From positions 672,001-736,000 of the forward strand of contig CAWGHO010000001.1 of NCBI GenBank assembly GCA_963822445.1: a stretch of DNA of 64,000 nt. The letters are read 5' to 3'. This DNA comes from an uncultured Acidobacteriota bacterium. GTDB taxonomy: Bacteria; Acidobacteriota; Thermoanaerobaculia; Gp7-AA8. Of this stretch, positions 10,672 to 20,452 are shown piece by piece. Each line of letters opens with the position of its first letter. The stretch's first letter is position 1. The position numbers and the translations under genes are program-made. Under the pieces are notes generated by a model. The model was given only the letters and a program-made list of their open reading frames with translations, ran no database searches and was not told where the DNA came from.

Positions 10672-12038
10672 TCGGCGCGAGACGATATACCAACCGTCTT
10701 CTCCAGCCACGCCACGGCCCGCTCCGGATGCGGTTTCGTGTCGTTCATCATCAGCCGTTCGCGCGTGAGGATCTGGCAGTTCTTGATCGCCCGCTGTTCC
10801 GCCGTCGAGAATCGGCCGTCCACGGCCTCGGTGCGCGGGAAGCAGGCATTGCGGCGGAGGAAGATCTCGATCGCCATGCGCTCGAGCGCGGTCGTCGATT
10901 CCGCGCCGTCGCGGCGGATCGATTCCAGTGCGGCCGGCGCGATCTGAATCCCGCGCGGCGGGCTCGCCGCGAGCGCGTCCGCGATCCGTTGCGCGCGGGT
11001 GGGCGGCGGCGGCTCCGGTTCGGGTTCGGAAGCGGCGGTCGTCGTCTCCGCCACGGCCGCCGTCTGTGTGGGTTCCGGCGCACTGAGGCCCTTGCGGATC
11101 TCGTTCACGTTGAACGCGATCCACGCCAGCAGCACGATGATCACGACGTCCCGGGCCAGGCGCCAGATCAGTTCGGGTTGCGGAAAAGGGCTTTTCGACG
11201 GGGTCGGTTGCTTTCGCATCTCACTGATCTCCGGTGACGGACGATGCCGGGCTCGGGGCGCGACCGCTCGCGGGCGCGAGCGCCTCTGGCGAAGGGCGAC
11301 GGCCATCTTCCACCCCTCGAGAACGTCGCCGGCCGAGGTGTCGACCATCGACTCGATCTCGGACGGCACGTCCTCCTCCAACTCGGGCGGCGCGGCATTG
11401 GTCAGGATGTATTGGTACCCCGCGCCATTGAACCGGTTCGGCTGCAATTGCGCGATCTCCGGGTCGACGGGACCCAGCAGGTAAAGCCATGGAAGCACGT
11501 CAAGCGTGCCGCGGCTGACCTCCAGCTCGATCGGACGGTCGCCGGGACCGGACGTGCGATAGGCGCGCGCAAGGTGCACCTTCAGGAACGTGCGAAACCG
11601 GTCGTCATGAAGACGGGTCGTCTCGAGGTCGTCGAAGACATCGCGTCCGACCAACCGGGAGGCGTTCTTGTTGGCCCGGTCGAGCAAGTCCGGCAGGCGC
11701 TTCGAATCCGGGAGCTCCGCCCACAGCAGTGGAAGCGTGAGCGGCGGGACGGGCCGATCGGTCCAGACACCCCACAGCTTCCACGCGCCGTAACGCTTCG
11801 CCGAGTCATTGACGACCCAGCCCATCGCGCCGATCACGCGGCCGCCGCCGCCGCTGAACTGATACAGAAAGGGTCCGCCCGCGCCATCGGGCAATCGGGA
11901 CAGCGCGGCGCCGAGGGGCTCGAAGAAGTCGAGGTATTCGCGCAGAGTGACGACCTGGCCGGCGTCATCGACGTAGTCGCCGCGGAGCTCGCGAAACAGC
12001 GGCGTTCCGTTCGCGCGTGCGTCGGCGTCAGGAAGCAT
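10668..12038 (-). CDS. Hypothetical single-pass membrane protein; N-terminus GTPase-associated (GAP1-N)-like, C-terminus peptidoglycan-binding-like
   Basis: 456 aa, coupled to both neighbours. One TM ([13 protein letters not shown]), Pro/Glu linker, tail [17 protein letters not shown] resembling the PG_binding_1 motif. NDSAKRYG only loosely resembles GAP1-N DxxGR. Confidence 0.6.
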   Translation of the reverse strand: MLPDADARANGTPLFRELRGDYVDDAGQVVTLREYLDFFEPLGAALSRLPDGAGGPFLYQFSGGGGRVIGAMGWVVNDSAKRYGAWKLWGVWTDRPVPPLTLPLLWAELPDSKRLPDLLDRANKNASRLVGRDVFDDLETTRLHDDRFRTFLKVHLARAYRTSGPGDRPIELEVSRGTLDVLPWLYLLGPVDPEIAQLQPNRFNGAGYQYILTNAAPPELEEDVPSEIESMVDTSAGDVLEGWKMAVALRQRRSRPRAVAPRARHRPSPEISEMRKQPTPSKSPFPQPELIWRLARDVVIIVLLAWIAFNVNEIRKGLSAPEPTQTAAVAETTTAASEPEPEPPPPTRAQRIADALAASPPRGIQIAPAALESIRRDGAESTTALERMAIEIFLRRNACFPRTEAVDGRFSTAEQRAIKNCQILTRERLMMNDTKPHPERAVAWLEKTVGISSRAE

Positions 12039-13344
12039 GTCGCCTCAGGATCTCCAGCAGGAGAAGGTCGCCCCACACCGGCAATCCGTCATCGCCATCG
12101 CGGGCCGCATTCTCCTCGGCGGCGCCCGGCAGGAACTCGATCCCGCACGGAAGCACCGGGAACTGAGGCTCCGCACCGGCTCGCATGGCCTCGCGGATCA
12201 TGGCCGAAAAGTCGCCGCGTCCGGCACCGTCCCATGCCGCGAACAGCGCCGCCGCGAGCCGCATGCACTGCTTCACAAGCGTTTCTCCCACGCCTCCCTT
12301 GAAGAAATAGTAGAGCTCCACCTTGCCGGTCTTGAACCTGGCGTGAAGCGACGTGTAAGCAATCATCATCCGGTACAGCAACCAGGTGAGACTCTCCAGC
12401 AGCTCGAGACGCCCGCTCCAGTTGCGCGTGTCCTGCACCAGACGCTCGATGTCGGATGCGGCGGCGACGAAGCTGCTGTCGATCACATCATCCGCGCCCG
12501 CGACCACGCGGCGAGCCAGCGCCAGCGCGGTCTCGCTGCTTTCGAGAAATTTGAACAGCGCCTGCTCGTCCCGGAGCTGCGCGACGTCGAGGTGCGTCCA
12601 GATGACGCCCTGCCAGGTGCGGCGCGAGTCCGGCCGGTTCGTCAGGTGAGCCGTGAGCTGACCGATGTTCTGGCGCGACAGAGTCGGATCGAACGGCACC
12701 ACGAACATCACCAGGAGCTCCGCGAACGCCATCGACCGGAGGTTGTTGAGGATGTCCAGCACGCGCATGTACTTGTCGGGCGTCGTCGAGCGCTGGTGGA
12801 AGACCTCGCCCTTCACGTCGACGCCCGCGACATCGATGCGATGCCGCCCGAAGGTGAGATCCATCCCGTGCAGAAGGACGGGGACGGCGGTGCGGGGATC
12901 GGGATTGGCGATCGTGTACGGCTCGACGAAGCGGTATGGATCGCGGCTGATCAACGTCGTCGGTTCGGCGACGAGGTACTTCTTCGAGGCCGGATTGAAC
13001 AGGCACTTGAGCCAGGTCGTTTTTCCCGCGGCCGGCAGGCCCGCGGTGATGAGAAGGACCCTCGACTTGGTGTCGCTCAGGAATTGCGGCGGGATCAGAG
13101 ACGAGCACTTGCTGCAGCGGCGGTGCGGGCTCGGCACCGCCGAGCGCTCGAAGGTGGGCTGATCCCATTCCAGGCGCGGCTCGTTGAGCGCAACCGCGGC
13201 GGTGGGCGGCAGGCCGCGGTGCTGTTTCCAGTGCGGACCGACCTGCTGATTCCAGGTGTCGGCCCGTCCGACGGGGACGGGATAGAAGCCGTCCCCTCCG
13301 CAGATCGGACAGATCTGCGCCGTTTTTCTTCCGAAGAGACTCAT
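12028..13344 (-). CDS. Zn-ribbon TRAFAC-like P-loop GTPase
   Basis: CPIC and CSKC, G1 GLPAAGKT, G3 DVKGE, G4-like THLD. Confidence 0.75.
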   Translation of the reverse strand: MSLFGRKTAQICPICGGDGFYPVPVGRADTWNQQVGPHWKQHRGLPPTAAVALNEPRLEWDQPTFERSAVPSPHRRCSKCSSLIPPQFLSDTKSRVLLITAGLPAAGKTTWLKCLFNPASKKYLVAEPTTLISRDPYRFVEPYTIANPDPRTAVPVLLHGMDLTFGRHRIDVAGVDVKGEVFHQRSTTPDKYMRVLDILNNLRSMAFAELLVMFVVPFDPTLSRQNIGQLTAHLTNRPDSRRTWQGVIWTHLDVAQLRDEQALFKFLESSETALALARRVVAGADDVIDSSFVAAASDIERLVQDTRNWSGRLELLESLTWLLYRMMIAYTSLHARFKTGKVELYYFFKGGVGETLVKQCMRLAAALFAAWDGAGRGDFSAMIREAMRAGAEPQFPVLPCGIEFLPGAAEENAARDGDDGLPVWGDLLLLEILRRHAS

Positions 13345-16300
13345 GGTTCCATCAGCCGCAACAGCTCTGCCATGTGATTGTCGATGAATCGCCCGAGTTG
13401 TTCGGTCGCGAATCCTTCCGAGGACCGTTCCGCCACGAACGACAACGTGAGCGCGTTCTTTGCCCGTCCGTCGTCATCGCGGGCAATGATCACCATCAGT
13501 ATCCGCGACGTGGGCCGCTCCGGGTCGATGGTCGCGAGCGTCCCGGTCTTGGCATACACGTCATAGCGGTTTCGCAGCGGCTGCACGCGCGAGCGGATCC
13601 TGATGGCCGTCCCATCCTCGAGCACGCGCCACAGTCCGCGATCGAGTTTCGCCGCCGCCGCGGCCGCCTCTTTGTCGAACGCCGCGGTGCGCGACGCGAG
13701 CGGTTTCGCCGCAGATACCGGGACGATGTGCGCGACGACCGGCTTTCGAATCGCCCATGACGAAAACGCCGCCGCCGCACCGACGTTCGACCAGCGGCTG
13801 GACGCGCCGCCGAGGAGCACGGCGATGAGCTCGCGGGTCCGCGTAATGCGATTCAGGCTCAAATCGACAGCCTCGGGACTCACCACGGCGAGCGGCTCGA
13901 GCGCGTTGCTCGTGCCGAGGTCGTCGGATTCGTCGCCCGACCAGAAGGAAAGGTGACGGCGTCGCAGGTCGCCGTCCGCCGATGGCGCGCCTGTCCTAAC
14001 GCCGAACAGATCGCGCATCAGCGCCGCGACACGCTGTTCGTGGAGGTTCGCGACCTGCAGCGGCTTGTCGCGGGTGTGTCCCGTCGAGTCGGCGAGCGCG
14101 GGATAACGGTTCCAGGGAGTCGCGCTGGCGGTCAGCGATTCGCGATCGCTTCCCGCAGGCCCGCGGCCATCGTCGCCGATTCGATTGCCCTCGCCGCGCG
14201 CGAACCCGAGAAAGCCGAGGCGTGTGTGATAGCGGTTGTCGGAGGCGGCGAGGTACGTGCTGAAGTCGATCCAGCGAGCGCGTGGCGACACCTGCCAGCC
14301 CTTCCCGATTTCCGCGCCGAACAGCTCCTGTTCGTAACAGCGTTTCTTGACGACGCGGTCGCATGGGCCGTTCCGCGTCCACAGCAAGTCGTCGAGTCGC
14401 GGATGCACGATCAGCGCGGCCGTCGCCCAGAACGGCTTTGCGGCCGAGCCGATCTCGATCGCCGCGAGGTTATGGTCGACCGCATGCCGCGACGCGAGCG
14501 GCCGCGGCGTGGTCGCGCTGAGCCAGGAGAACGGCGGATCGCGCTCGATCCACGAGCGGCCGCCCGCGGTGACCGTGCGTGAGCTCCAGTCATCCCGGTC
14601 CGCCGCGCGCGGCCAGGAGCTCATCGCCAGCACCTCGCCCGTCGTTCCTCGAAGAATCGTCATCGCCACGCGCGGCGGCAGCGGCGCCGATGCCCCTTCC
14701 GCGATCAGTTTGCTGAAGCCTTCCCTCCCCGCCCCGTCCACAGTTGCCTGCGTGATCCGCTGCAGATCGGCATCGAGAGTGAGCTCGCTGATCCGCGGCT
14801 CGCGATGGACGCGGAGCAGCGCATCACCCGCGTGTCCCATCCATCCGAGGCCGAGGCGGCGCGCCTCACGCGTGGTCGCGTAGAACCACCGTCCCATCAC
14901 CCAGGCCCGTCCGAGGATTCGAACCGGGCCCTGGCCTCCCCGGATCGACACCGGCGGCAGTTCCTCCTCGCTACGCTCTTCGGCGAACGAGTGAACGATG
15001 TTGTAGTCGGGATTCCCCGTGACTTCGTACGCGATCTCCGCCGCGCCCTCGGCATCCTCTTCGACGCGGCGGATGGCGAAGACGCTCGGCCGCGTGCGCG
15101 CACCGCGATCGATCTCCCGCCGCCAAAGCTCGAACATCCGCGTGTAGTACTCCTCGGGATGCGTGAGGCCGTTGAAGAAGTCGGCCGGCAGCGACTCGCG
15201 GCCACCGTCCATCCGCAGCGCCACCGGAAGTGAGTTGAAGCGGAGCACTTCCGCCTCGAGCAGCGTCGCGCCGCCGGGGCGATCGGTGCAGTCTTCGCCG
15301 TTGCAGTAGCGGATCAGCTTCTTCGCCTCGTCGAAGCGAAGTGTCCCCGCGTCGCGGAGCTCGTCCACGCGGCGCAACAGGCGCGACCAGGTCAGGACGT
15401 CGAACTCGTTCGAGCGGACCGCGCGAATCGAGCCGCGCACGACGAGCACGGTCACGAGGAGAGCCGGGAGCAGCGCCAGCGCGGCATACTCGCGCTTGCC
15501 CAACCTGATCGCGAGTGGAATGGCGAGCGCGAACGCGAGCCAGGCGAAATCGTTCGTTGCCAGCGCGACGATTGCTCCGAGAAGGACGATCGCCGCGAGA
15601 ATGCCGCGCCGCATCAATCGCCGTCGCCGGTGCACGAAATCGGGATCGAAGATGGTCGTGCGCGTGACCGCGGTCTCCGGGAGCATCTCCACCGAATCGG
15701 CGCGAAGGCCGGACGACCAGAGCAGGGCCTGACACATCAGCCCGAGCAGAAGCGCCCAGCGGAGCGCGTCGGAGTTCGACGCAGTGGCCAGCAGCGGCAG
15801 ATTCCGTCCGCTGAACCACAGTTGGGAGACGTTCATCGCCGCATGCACGACTGCCTCGCCGAAAAATGCAGCGGCGATGGCGATCGCCAGGAGGTCGCCG
15901 ATTCGAAGCCGCGAGCGGCGCATCAGCAACAGAACGGCCGGCACGGCGAAGATCGCCAGGAGGAACAGCCCGCCGAAGATCCCATGCTCGGCGGAGATGA
16001 AGAAGGAGTAGACGCTGTCGTACTGGATCGTGTCCTGGCGGATGAACGATTGCGACGCGGGCGCGCGATTGAATCCAAGGCCGTCCCACCCGCCCTTCCG
16101 CACCATGGCCATGTGCTCCCACGCGTGCACGAGGGCATTGCGTACGCTGCCGGCGGTGACCGCCTTCGCGTCGCCTTGCGACGGCGCCTCGAGATCGAGC
16201 AGCCATTCCTGCGCCGCCGAGCCGTACTTCATCACCTCGACGCGGCTGAGAATGTGCTCGGTCATCCCCGGCGCGATCGCATATCCGCCGAGAAGGGCCT

Positions 16301-18620
16301 GGTAGGCGATGGCCACGCCGATCACCAGCACCGCCAGCAATGTGGCCGCGACCCGGAACGCAGGCGTGAGCAGAAGCAGCAATGCCAGCGGGAACCAGAA
16401 CGCGAGCACGGCGTAGATCGAGCCGAAGTCGCCGAGCATGCCGATCATCAGCGCGACCGGAGCAAACACCAGCGCGATGACGGCAGTGATCGAGTCGCCG
16501 TGGGTCGGCTCTGCCTGCGCGGAGCCGTCGCCGTCGAGGACCTGCAGTGCGTCCTCCGTTGCCGCGAGCGGCCGCGCCAGCAGGAGAAGTGCAGGAATCC
16601 CCACCATCCAGAACGGGGCGACGATCTGACGCACGTACTCCGGCGCGATGCGCGCGAGCACCAGCACGACCACCGTGCCGGCCAACCAGATCAGAACCAG
16701 TGGTCTTACTGCCGGCGCACGCAGCGCGGTCGTAACCCGCAGGACGGGTCGCGGCACATGACGCAGCCACTTGTGTGTGGATCGCGGCTGGGACAAGGTA
16801 TCGGCCAGCGTTCGCCAGAAGGTCCGGCCGGCTTCGAAGGTCACGCGATACGGAAGCTGCCAGATGATCGAGAGCGCGCGCAGGACCGTTCCGCCGAACG
16901 CCGCCGCGATCGCAAGCGCCGCCACGACGTAGACCACGAGCAGGAGTCGATCGAAGGGCGACGGCCGGAAAAGCTCCACCAGATTCGGCAGGACCTGCCG
17001 CGGCATGAGCACGAATTCGGCGATCGAGCCTGCCACCAACGCTACGGCGACGCCCGCGGTCACAGCCGCGCTGTGCCGTTCGAATTCGACTCCGGGCCGG
17101 TGATGCAGCCAAAGTCGGATGGCGAGGGTGATGAAGCCGGGCACGATCACCAGCGCCGCGAGCGTGCCGGCCAGCCCTTTGGCAGTCACCTCGTCGATCG
17201 CCGCCGGCGTGAGCAGATAGCGGACGGCGAGCAGCACGCGGATCAACAACACGGTCCAAACGGCGGCGATCACGCCGCCGATGCACCAGAGGTCGCGCAG
17301 CCGGAGGCGATGCATGCGGCCGAAGGCGATCGAAGCGACAAAGCCGGCGAGGATCAGCCACGCCAGTCCGAGCGCGAGCAGCAGCGCGCGCGGCGTCGGC
17401 AGGTCGCGGATGACGGTGATCGTGAGCAGCAGCCCGCGCGCGCGCGCCAGATTCGGCATGAGCAACGGCACGCGGATGCTGGAGAGAGCGCGGTTCGGCT
17501 CGAAGGCGGCGCCGAGCACCCCTTTGGTCCGGACAAAGCGCGGCGCGTCAGGGCCGGCCCGCGGCGTGAGATCGGCGCCGTCGCGAAACCGCGGCAGCCC
17601 GCCTTCAGAAAGCCGCAGCGCCGCGTCGTGCCGGAACTCCGCGGCTCCATGACCGAGCGGGAGAAGAAAGGTGTTCGCGCCGGCGGCGGGCTCGCGCCCG
17701 AACGAGAGCGTGCTCGCGTTCTCCGTGAATGGCGGGAGCGAGGTCGTGCGCGTCCACGGCGGATCGAACGAGAGACGCGGCCGGCCGCCTTCATCCCTCA
17801 GGCGCATGACCAGCCGGCGGCGCGGCCAGAGCACTTCGACGACCGCCGGCTTTCCGTCGCGCAGCGTAACCGGAAGCTCGCGCCACGATTCATCATCCGT
17901 AAGCAATCGCACTTCGTTCTTGTGAGGCCGAAGCACGCGGATCGACGCCGCCCACTCCTCGAGCGCACGCACGTTCGCGAGGTCGAGCTTTCCCTCGCGC
18001 CGCAAATCGTTCAACCGCGACTGGAGCAGCGAGTCGAGCGACCGGGCGCGCGTCGCATGCACTTCAGGCGGATTCATGATGACCATCGGCTCGGCCACCG
18101 GCGTGCGGCTGATGATCAGTTTCCGCCGCCGCAGGAATCCTTTGCGCCGCAGCTCGAGGGAGAACTTGCCGGCCTGCTTCGCGCCGCCGCCGAGGGTGAC
18201 CACGTCGCCGTTCGCGTACGCGCCGTCGACGCGTACGAGCGCCGTTCCGCCACGCGTCCGCAGCCGAAACCCACCACCGCCCGCCCGTTCCACGCGCACC
18301 TCGGGACGGAAACTGCCATTCGGCCAGCCGATGACCGCCGAGTGCTCCGCACCACCGATGGCGATGGTTCCCGACTCAGGGTCGGCGCTTTCGGCAGCGG
18401 TCCATGCGATCTGTGTCGACCGCGGCCACTCGGCCACCGACACCAGCGGCCAGAGCGTGAATGGCACCGCCGCGAGCGTCGCGACGAGAATCACGACGAA
18501 AGGCGCGATGTGACGACGGTTACCGAGCGACGGAAGGGCCTCTTCCCGATGCCGCAGTTCGAGCACCCACGCGATGCACACGTACCCCACGAGGCACAGC
18601 GCCAGCATCGGAATGGTCAT
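13341..18620 (-). CDS. 1759-aa fusion: extended N-terminus + FtsW/RodA (SEDS)-like membrane domain + penicillin-binding transpeptidase
   Basis: SEDS-like motifs GDFGS, GGWDGLG, QYDSVYSFFISAEHG, GRNLPLL. PBP motifs LTLDADLQ, TGEVLAMSSWP, SAAK (SxxK), SDN (SxN), KTGT. Confidence 0.82.
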   Translation of the reverse strand: MTIPMLALCLVGYVCIAWVLELRHREEALPSLGNRRHIAPFVVILVATLAAVPFTLWPLVSVAEWPRSTQIAWTAAESADPESGTIAIGGAEHSAVIGWPNGSFRPEVRVERAGGGGFRLRTRGGTALVRVDGAYANGDVVTLGGGAKQAGKFSLELRRKGFLRRRKLIISRTPVAEPMVIMNPPEVHATRARSLDSLLQSRLNDLRREGKLDLANVRALEEWAASIRVLRPHKNEVRLLTDDESWRELPVTLRDGKPAVVEVLWPRRRLVMRLRDEGGRPRLSFDPPWTRTTSLPPFTENASTLSFGREPAAGANTFLLPLGHGAAEFRHDAALRLSEGGLPRFRDGADLTPRAGPDAPRFVRTKGVLGAAFEPNRALSSIRVPLLMPNLARARGLLLTITVIRDLPTPRALLLALGLAWLILAGFVASIAFGRMHRLRLRDLWCIGGVIAAVWTVLLIRVLLAVRYLLTPAAIDEVTAKGLAGTLAALVIVPGFITLAIRLWLHHRPGVEFERHSAAVTAGVAVALVAGSIAEFVLMPRQVLPNLVELFRPSPFDRLLLVVYVVAALAIAAAFGGTVLRALSIIWQLPYRVTFEAGRTFWRTLADTLSQPRSTHKWLRHVPRPVLRVTTALRAPAVRPLVLIWLAGTVVVLVLARIAPEYVRQIVAPFWMVGIPALLLLARPLAATEDALQVLDGDGSAQAEPTHGDSITAVIALVFAPVALMIGMLGDFGSIYAVLAFWFPLALLLLLTPAFRVAATLLAVLVIGVAIAYQALLGGYAIAPGMTEHILSRVEVMKYGSAAQEWLLDLEAPSQGDAKAVTAGSVRNALVHAWEHMAMVRKGGWDGLGFNRAPASQSFIRQDTIQYDSVYSFFISAEHGIFGGLFLLAIFAVPAVLLLMRRSRLRIGDLLAIAIAAAFFGEAVVHAAMNVSQLWFSGRNLPLLATASNSDALRWALLLGLMCQALLWSSGLRADSVEMLPETAVTRTTIFDPDFVHRRRRLMRRGILAAIVLLGAIVALATNDFAWLAFALAIPLAIRLGKREYAALALLPALLVTVLVVRGSIRAVRSNEFDVLTWSRLLRRVDELRDAGTLRFDEAKKLIRYCNGEDCTDRPGGATLLEAEVLRFNSLPVALRMDGGRESLPADFFNGLTHPEEYYTRMFELWRREIDRGARTRPSVFAIRRVEEDAEGAAEIAYEVTGNPDYNIVHSFAEERSEEELPPVSIRGGQGPVRILGRAWVMGRWFYATTREARRLGLGWMGHAGDALLRVHREPRISELTLDADLQRITQATVDGAGREGFSKLIAEGASAPLPPRVAMTILRGTTGEVLAMSSWPRAADRDDWSSRTVTAGGRSWIERDPPFSWLSATTPRPLASRHAVDHNLAAIEIGSAAKPFWATAALIVHPRLDDLLWTRNGPCDRVVKKRCYEQELFGAEIGKGWQVSPRARWIDFSTYLAASDNRYHTRLGFLGFARGEGNRIGDDGRGPAGSDRESLTASATPWNRYPALADSTGHTRDKPLQVANLHEQRVAALMRDLFGVRTGAPSADGDLRRRHLSFWSGDESDDLGTSNALEPLAVVSPEAVDLSLNRITRTRELIAVLLGGASSRWSNVGAAAAFSSWAIRKPVVAHIVPVSAAKPLASRTAAFDKEAAAAAAKLDRGLWRVLEDGTAIRIRSRVQPLRNRYDVYAKTGTLATIDPERPTSRILMVIIARDDDGRAKNALTLSFVAERSSEGFATEQLGRFIDNHMAELLRLMEP

Positions 18621-18720
18621 GCGTACATCTGGCGCTTACACGCTCCCTGCCATCAGACGTTCTTACGGACAGCAGGTAAAACGGTTTGAGCTGAGGATCG
18701 CCGCGCTCGTCACGCGCTGG

Positions 18721-19185
18721 TCATTTGCCTTCGCGGAGCAGTACCCGCGCATCATCGAGCGTGTTGTCGATGGCTTCCTGACTGCGCACGAGGTCCGTCG
18801 ATGGAGGCGAACCATTGCGCACGGACGCGTCGAGCTCGCCGACCAGGTTGCGCAGATCGCGCATCGCTCCCTGCGTCTTCAGGCACGACTCGTTTTCACA
18901 CGTACACGCCGAATCAGCCTCGGAAATCCGCTGGTCGATGTCGGTCTTGAACCTGCTCCAGGCTTCGATGTCGTACGGCGGGTTCACGAAGCGCCCCAGA
19001 CCGTTGCCCCAGGCATTCGACGCAGCCGTTGCGCGGCCGACGCAGGAGTCGTCCGCGCGCGAATCAATGCTCGTCGCGGCGGACTTCGTGCTCAGGCGGC
19101 CCTTGATCCGCGGCGCGAGCTCCTTCCAGCCAAAGACGAGCAAGGCCAGGATGACCACCCACTTCACCAGCTTCCCAATTTCCAT
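18721..19185 (-). CDS. Hypothetical membrane-anchored helical protein with 4 Cys
   Basis: MEIGKLVKWVVILALLVFGW N-terminal TM; helical remainder. Confidence 0.65.
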   Translation of the reverse strand: MEIGKLVKWVVILALLVFGWKELAPRIKGRLSTKSAATSIDSRADDSCVGRATAASNAWGNGLGRFVNPPYDIEAWSRFKTDIDQRISEADSACTCENESCLKTQGAMRDLRNLVGELDASVRNGSPPSTDLVRSQEAIDNTLDDARVLLREGK

Positions 19186-19526
19186 GGCAATGAGTATGCG
19201 CGCGATCCTGACCGCCGGCCACTCCGCCACGGCCCGAGGACGAACGGAATCGCCTTGACGCCTTTCCAGACGGGTAGTCCGTACGCCGTCGGATCGATTG
19301 CAGAAAAGCAAGAATTTAGAAAGGAGGCAAAAACTCACCCCTTTTCCCAGTTTGTGAGGCGTGAGCTCGCATGACGAAGGCGTTGATCTGTTCTCGCGTC
19401 GCGAGTTGAAGTGAGTGTTCTTGCTCGAAGCAAGTGATGTGGCCGTAGCCTTAAAGTCAAAATCCCGGAGACGCCTTCGTGTTTGGTGTCGGGATGCCGG
19501 AAGTGTAGCTCCTCGGCGGACTTTTC

Positions 19527-19552
19527 TTGGTTTCGGCTACGCCGAGGTAGGG
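19527..19552 (+). promoter_or_regulatory. 26-bp upstream motif, copy 1 (candidate operator)
   Basis: TTGGTTTCGGCTACGCCGAGGTAGGG, identical to 22858-22883. Contains CTAC-N6-GTAG palindrome; about 55 bp before ATG 19607. Confidence 0.65.
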
Positions 19553-19606
19553 AAATTGCCCGCCGATGCACCCCTACACAGGGGGATACCTCTGCGAGAG
19601 GTACGC

Positions 19607-20452
19607 ATGACGCAGACTCACCACGTCGTTCAGGTTCTCGGTGCCGCGCACGGACGCAAGACGCTGGCACATTGGAATACGGGTTCGGCATCGCGCCTGA
19701 TTGTCTTCGTTCACGGTTTTGGCGGGAAGCCTGACACCACTTGGCCGGATTTCCCCACGCTCCTCCGGCAGAAGGCGGGCCCTCCGCCCTTCGACTACGT
19801 CTTCTTTGGCTACGATGGGTTGCGCAAGCAAGCCACGAACAGCGGGAAGCAGTTTCTTGGATTCCTGGACCACTTTCTCGGTGACCCGGCGGCACTCGTC
19901 AACGCGACGATTCCGTCCCTCGAGAAGCGTAAATCGTTCACCTACGACCGCGTCGTGATCGCCGCGCATTCGCTCGGGGCGGTGGTCACGCGACGGGCGT
20001 TGCTCGATGCGCATGCCCTGCATGCGGCGGGGAAACTCATGCCCTGGCTGCCGACTGTGCGTCTGGTCTTCTTTGCGCCGGCGCACACTGGCGCATACGC
20101 CGCGGGGCTCGTCACCGAAGCACTCACCGATCAACCGTGGTACCTCGCGAAGCTGGCTGGGTATTACGCTCGTTTCCAGAGCCCGCTCCTCGCAGACCTC
20201 AAGGAAGGCTCGCAAGTGTTGCGCGCCCTTGCCGATGACACGGCCAAGATCACCGACCACGTGATGCCCCCACCGCACTATGTGCGCGCACGTGTCCTCC
20301 TCGCGGGGGACGAGATTGTCGTGAACAACACGCGCTTCGGGGTCGACCCGGTGGTGCCGCCGCAAGACGTGCTTCCCTCCAGCCACACCGGAGTCTGCAA
20401 GCCACGACGCATCGACCACGCCGCACTACGGGCCGTCTGGAACGAGCTATGA
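19607..20452 (+). CDS. Alpha/beta-fold hydrolase (DUF676/PGAP1/SesB-like lipase)
   Basis: VFVHGFGG, AHSLG nucleophile elbow, C-terminal HTGVCKP. GAGG RBS before ATG 19607. Confidence 0.8.
   Translation: MTQTHHVVQVLGAAHGRKTLAHWNTGSASRLIVFVHGFGGKPDTTWPDFPTLLRQKAGPPPFDYVFFGYDGLRKQATNSGKQFLGFLDHFLGDPAALVNATIPSLEKRKSFTYDRVVIAAHSLGAVVTRRALLDAHALHAAGKLMPWLPTVRLVFFAPAHTGAYAAGLVTEALTDQPWYLAKLAGYYARFQSPLLADLKEGSQVLRALADDTAKITDHVMPPPHYVRARVLLAGDEIVVNNTRFGVDPVVPPQDVLPSSHTGVCKPRRIDHAALRAVWNEL

Noticed and set aside
14971-18689. 1019-aa (+) and 796-aa (-) ORFs
   Set aside because: Shadow frames of the SEDS-PBP gene, typical of high-GC DNA.
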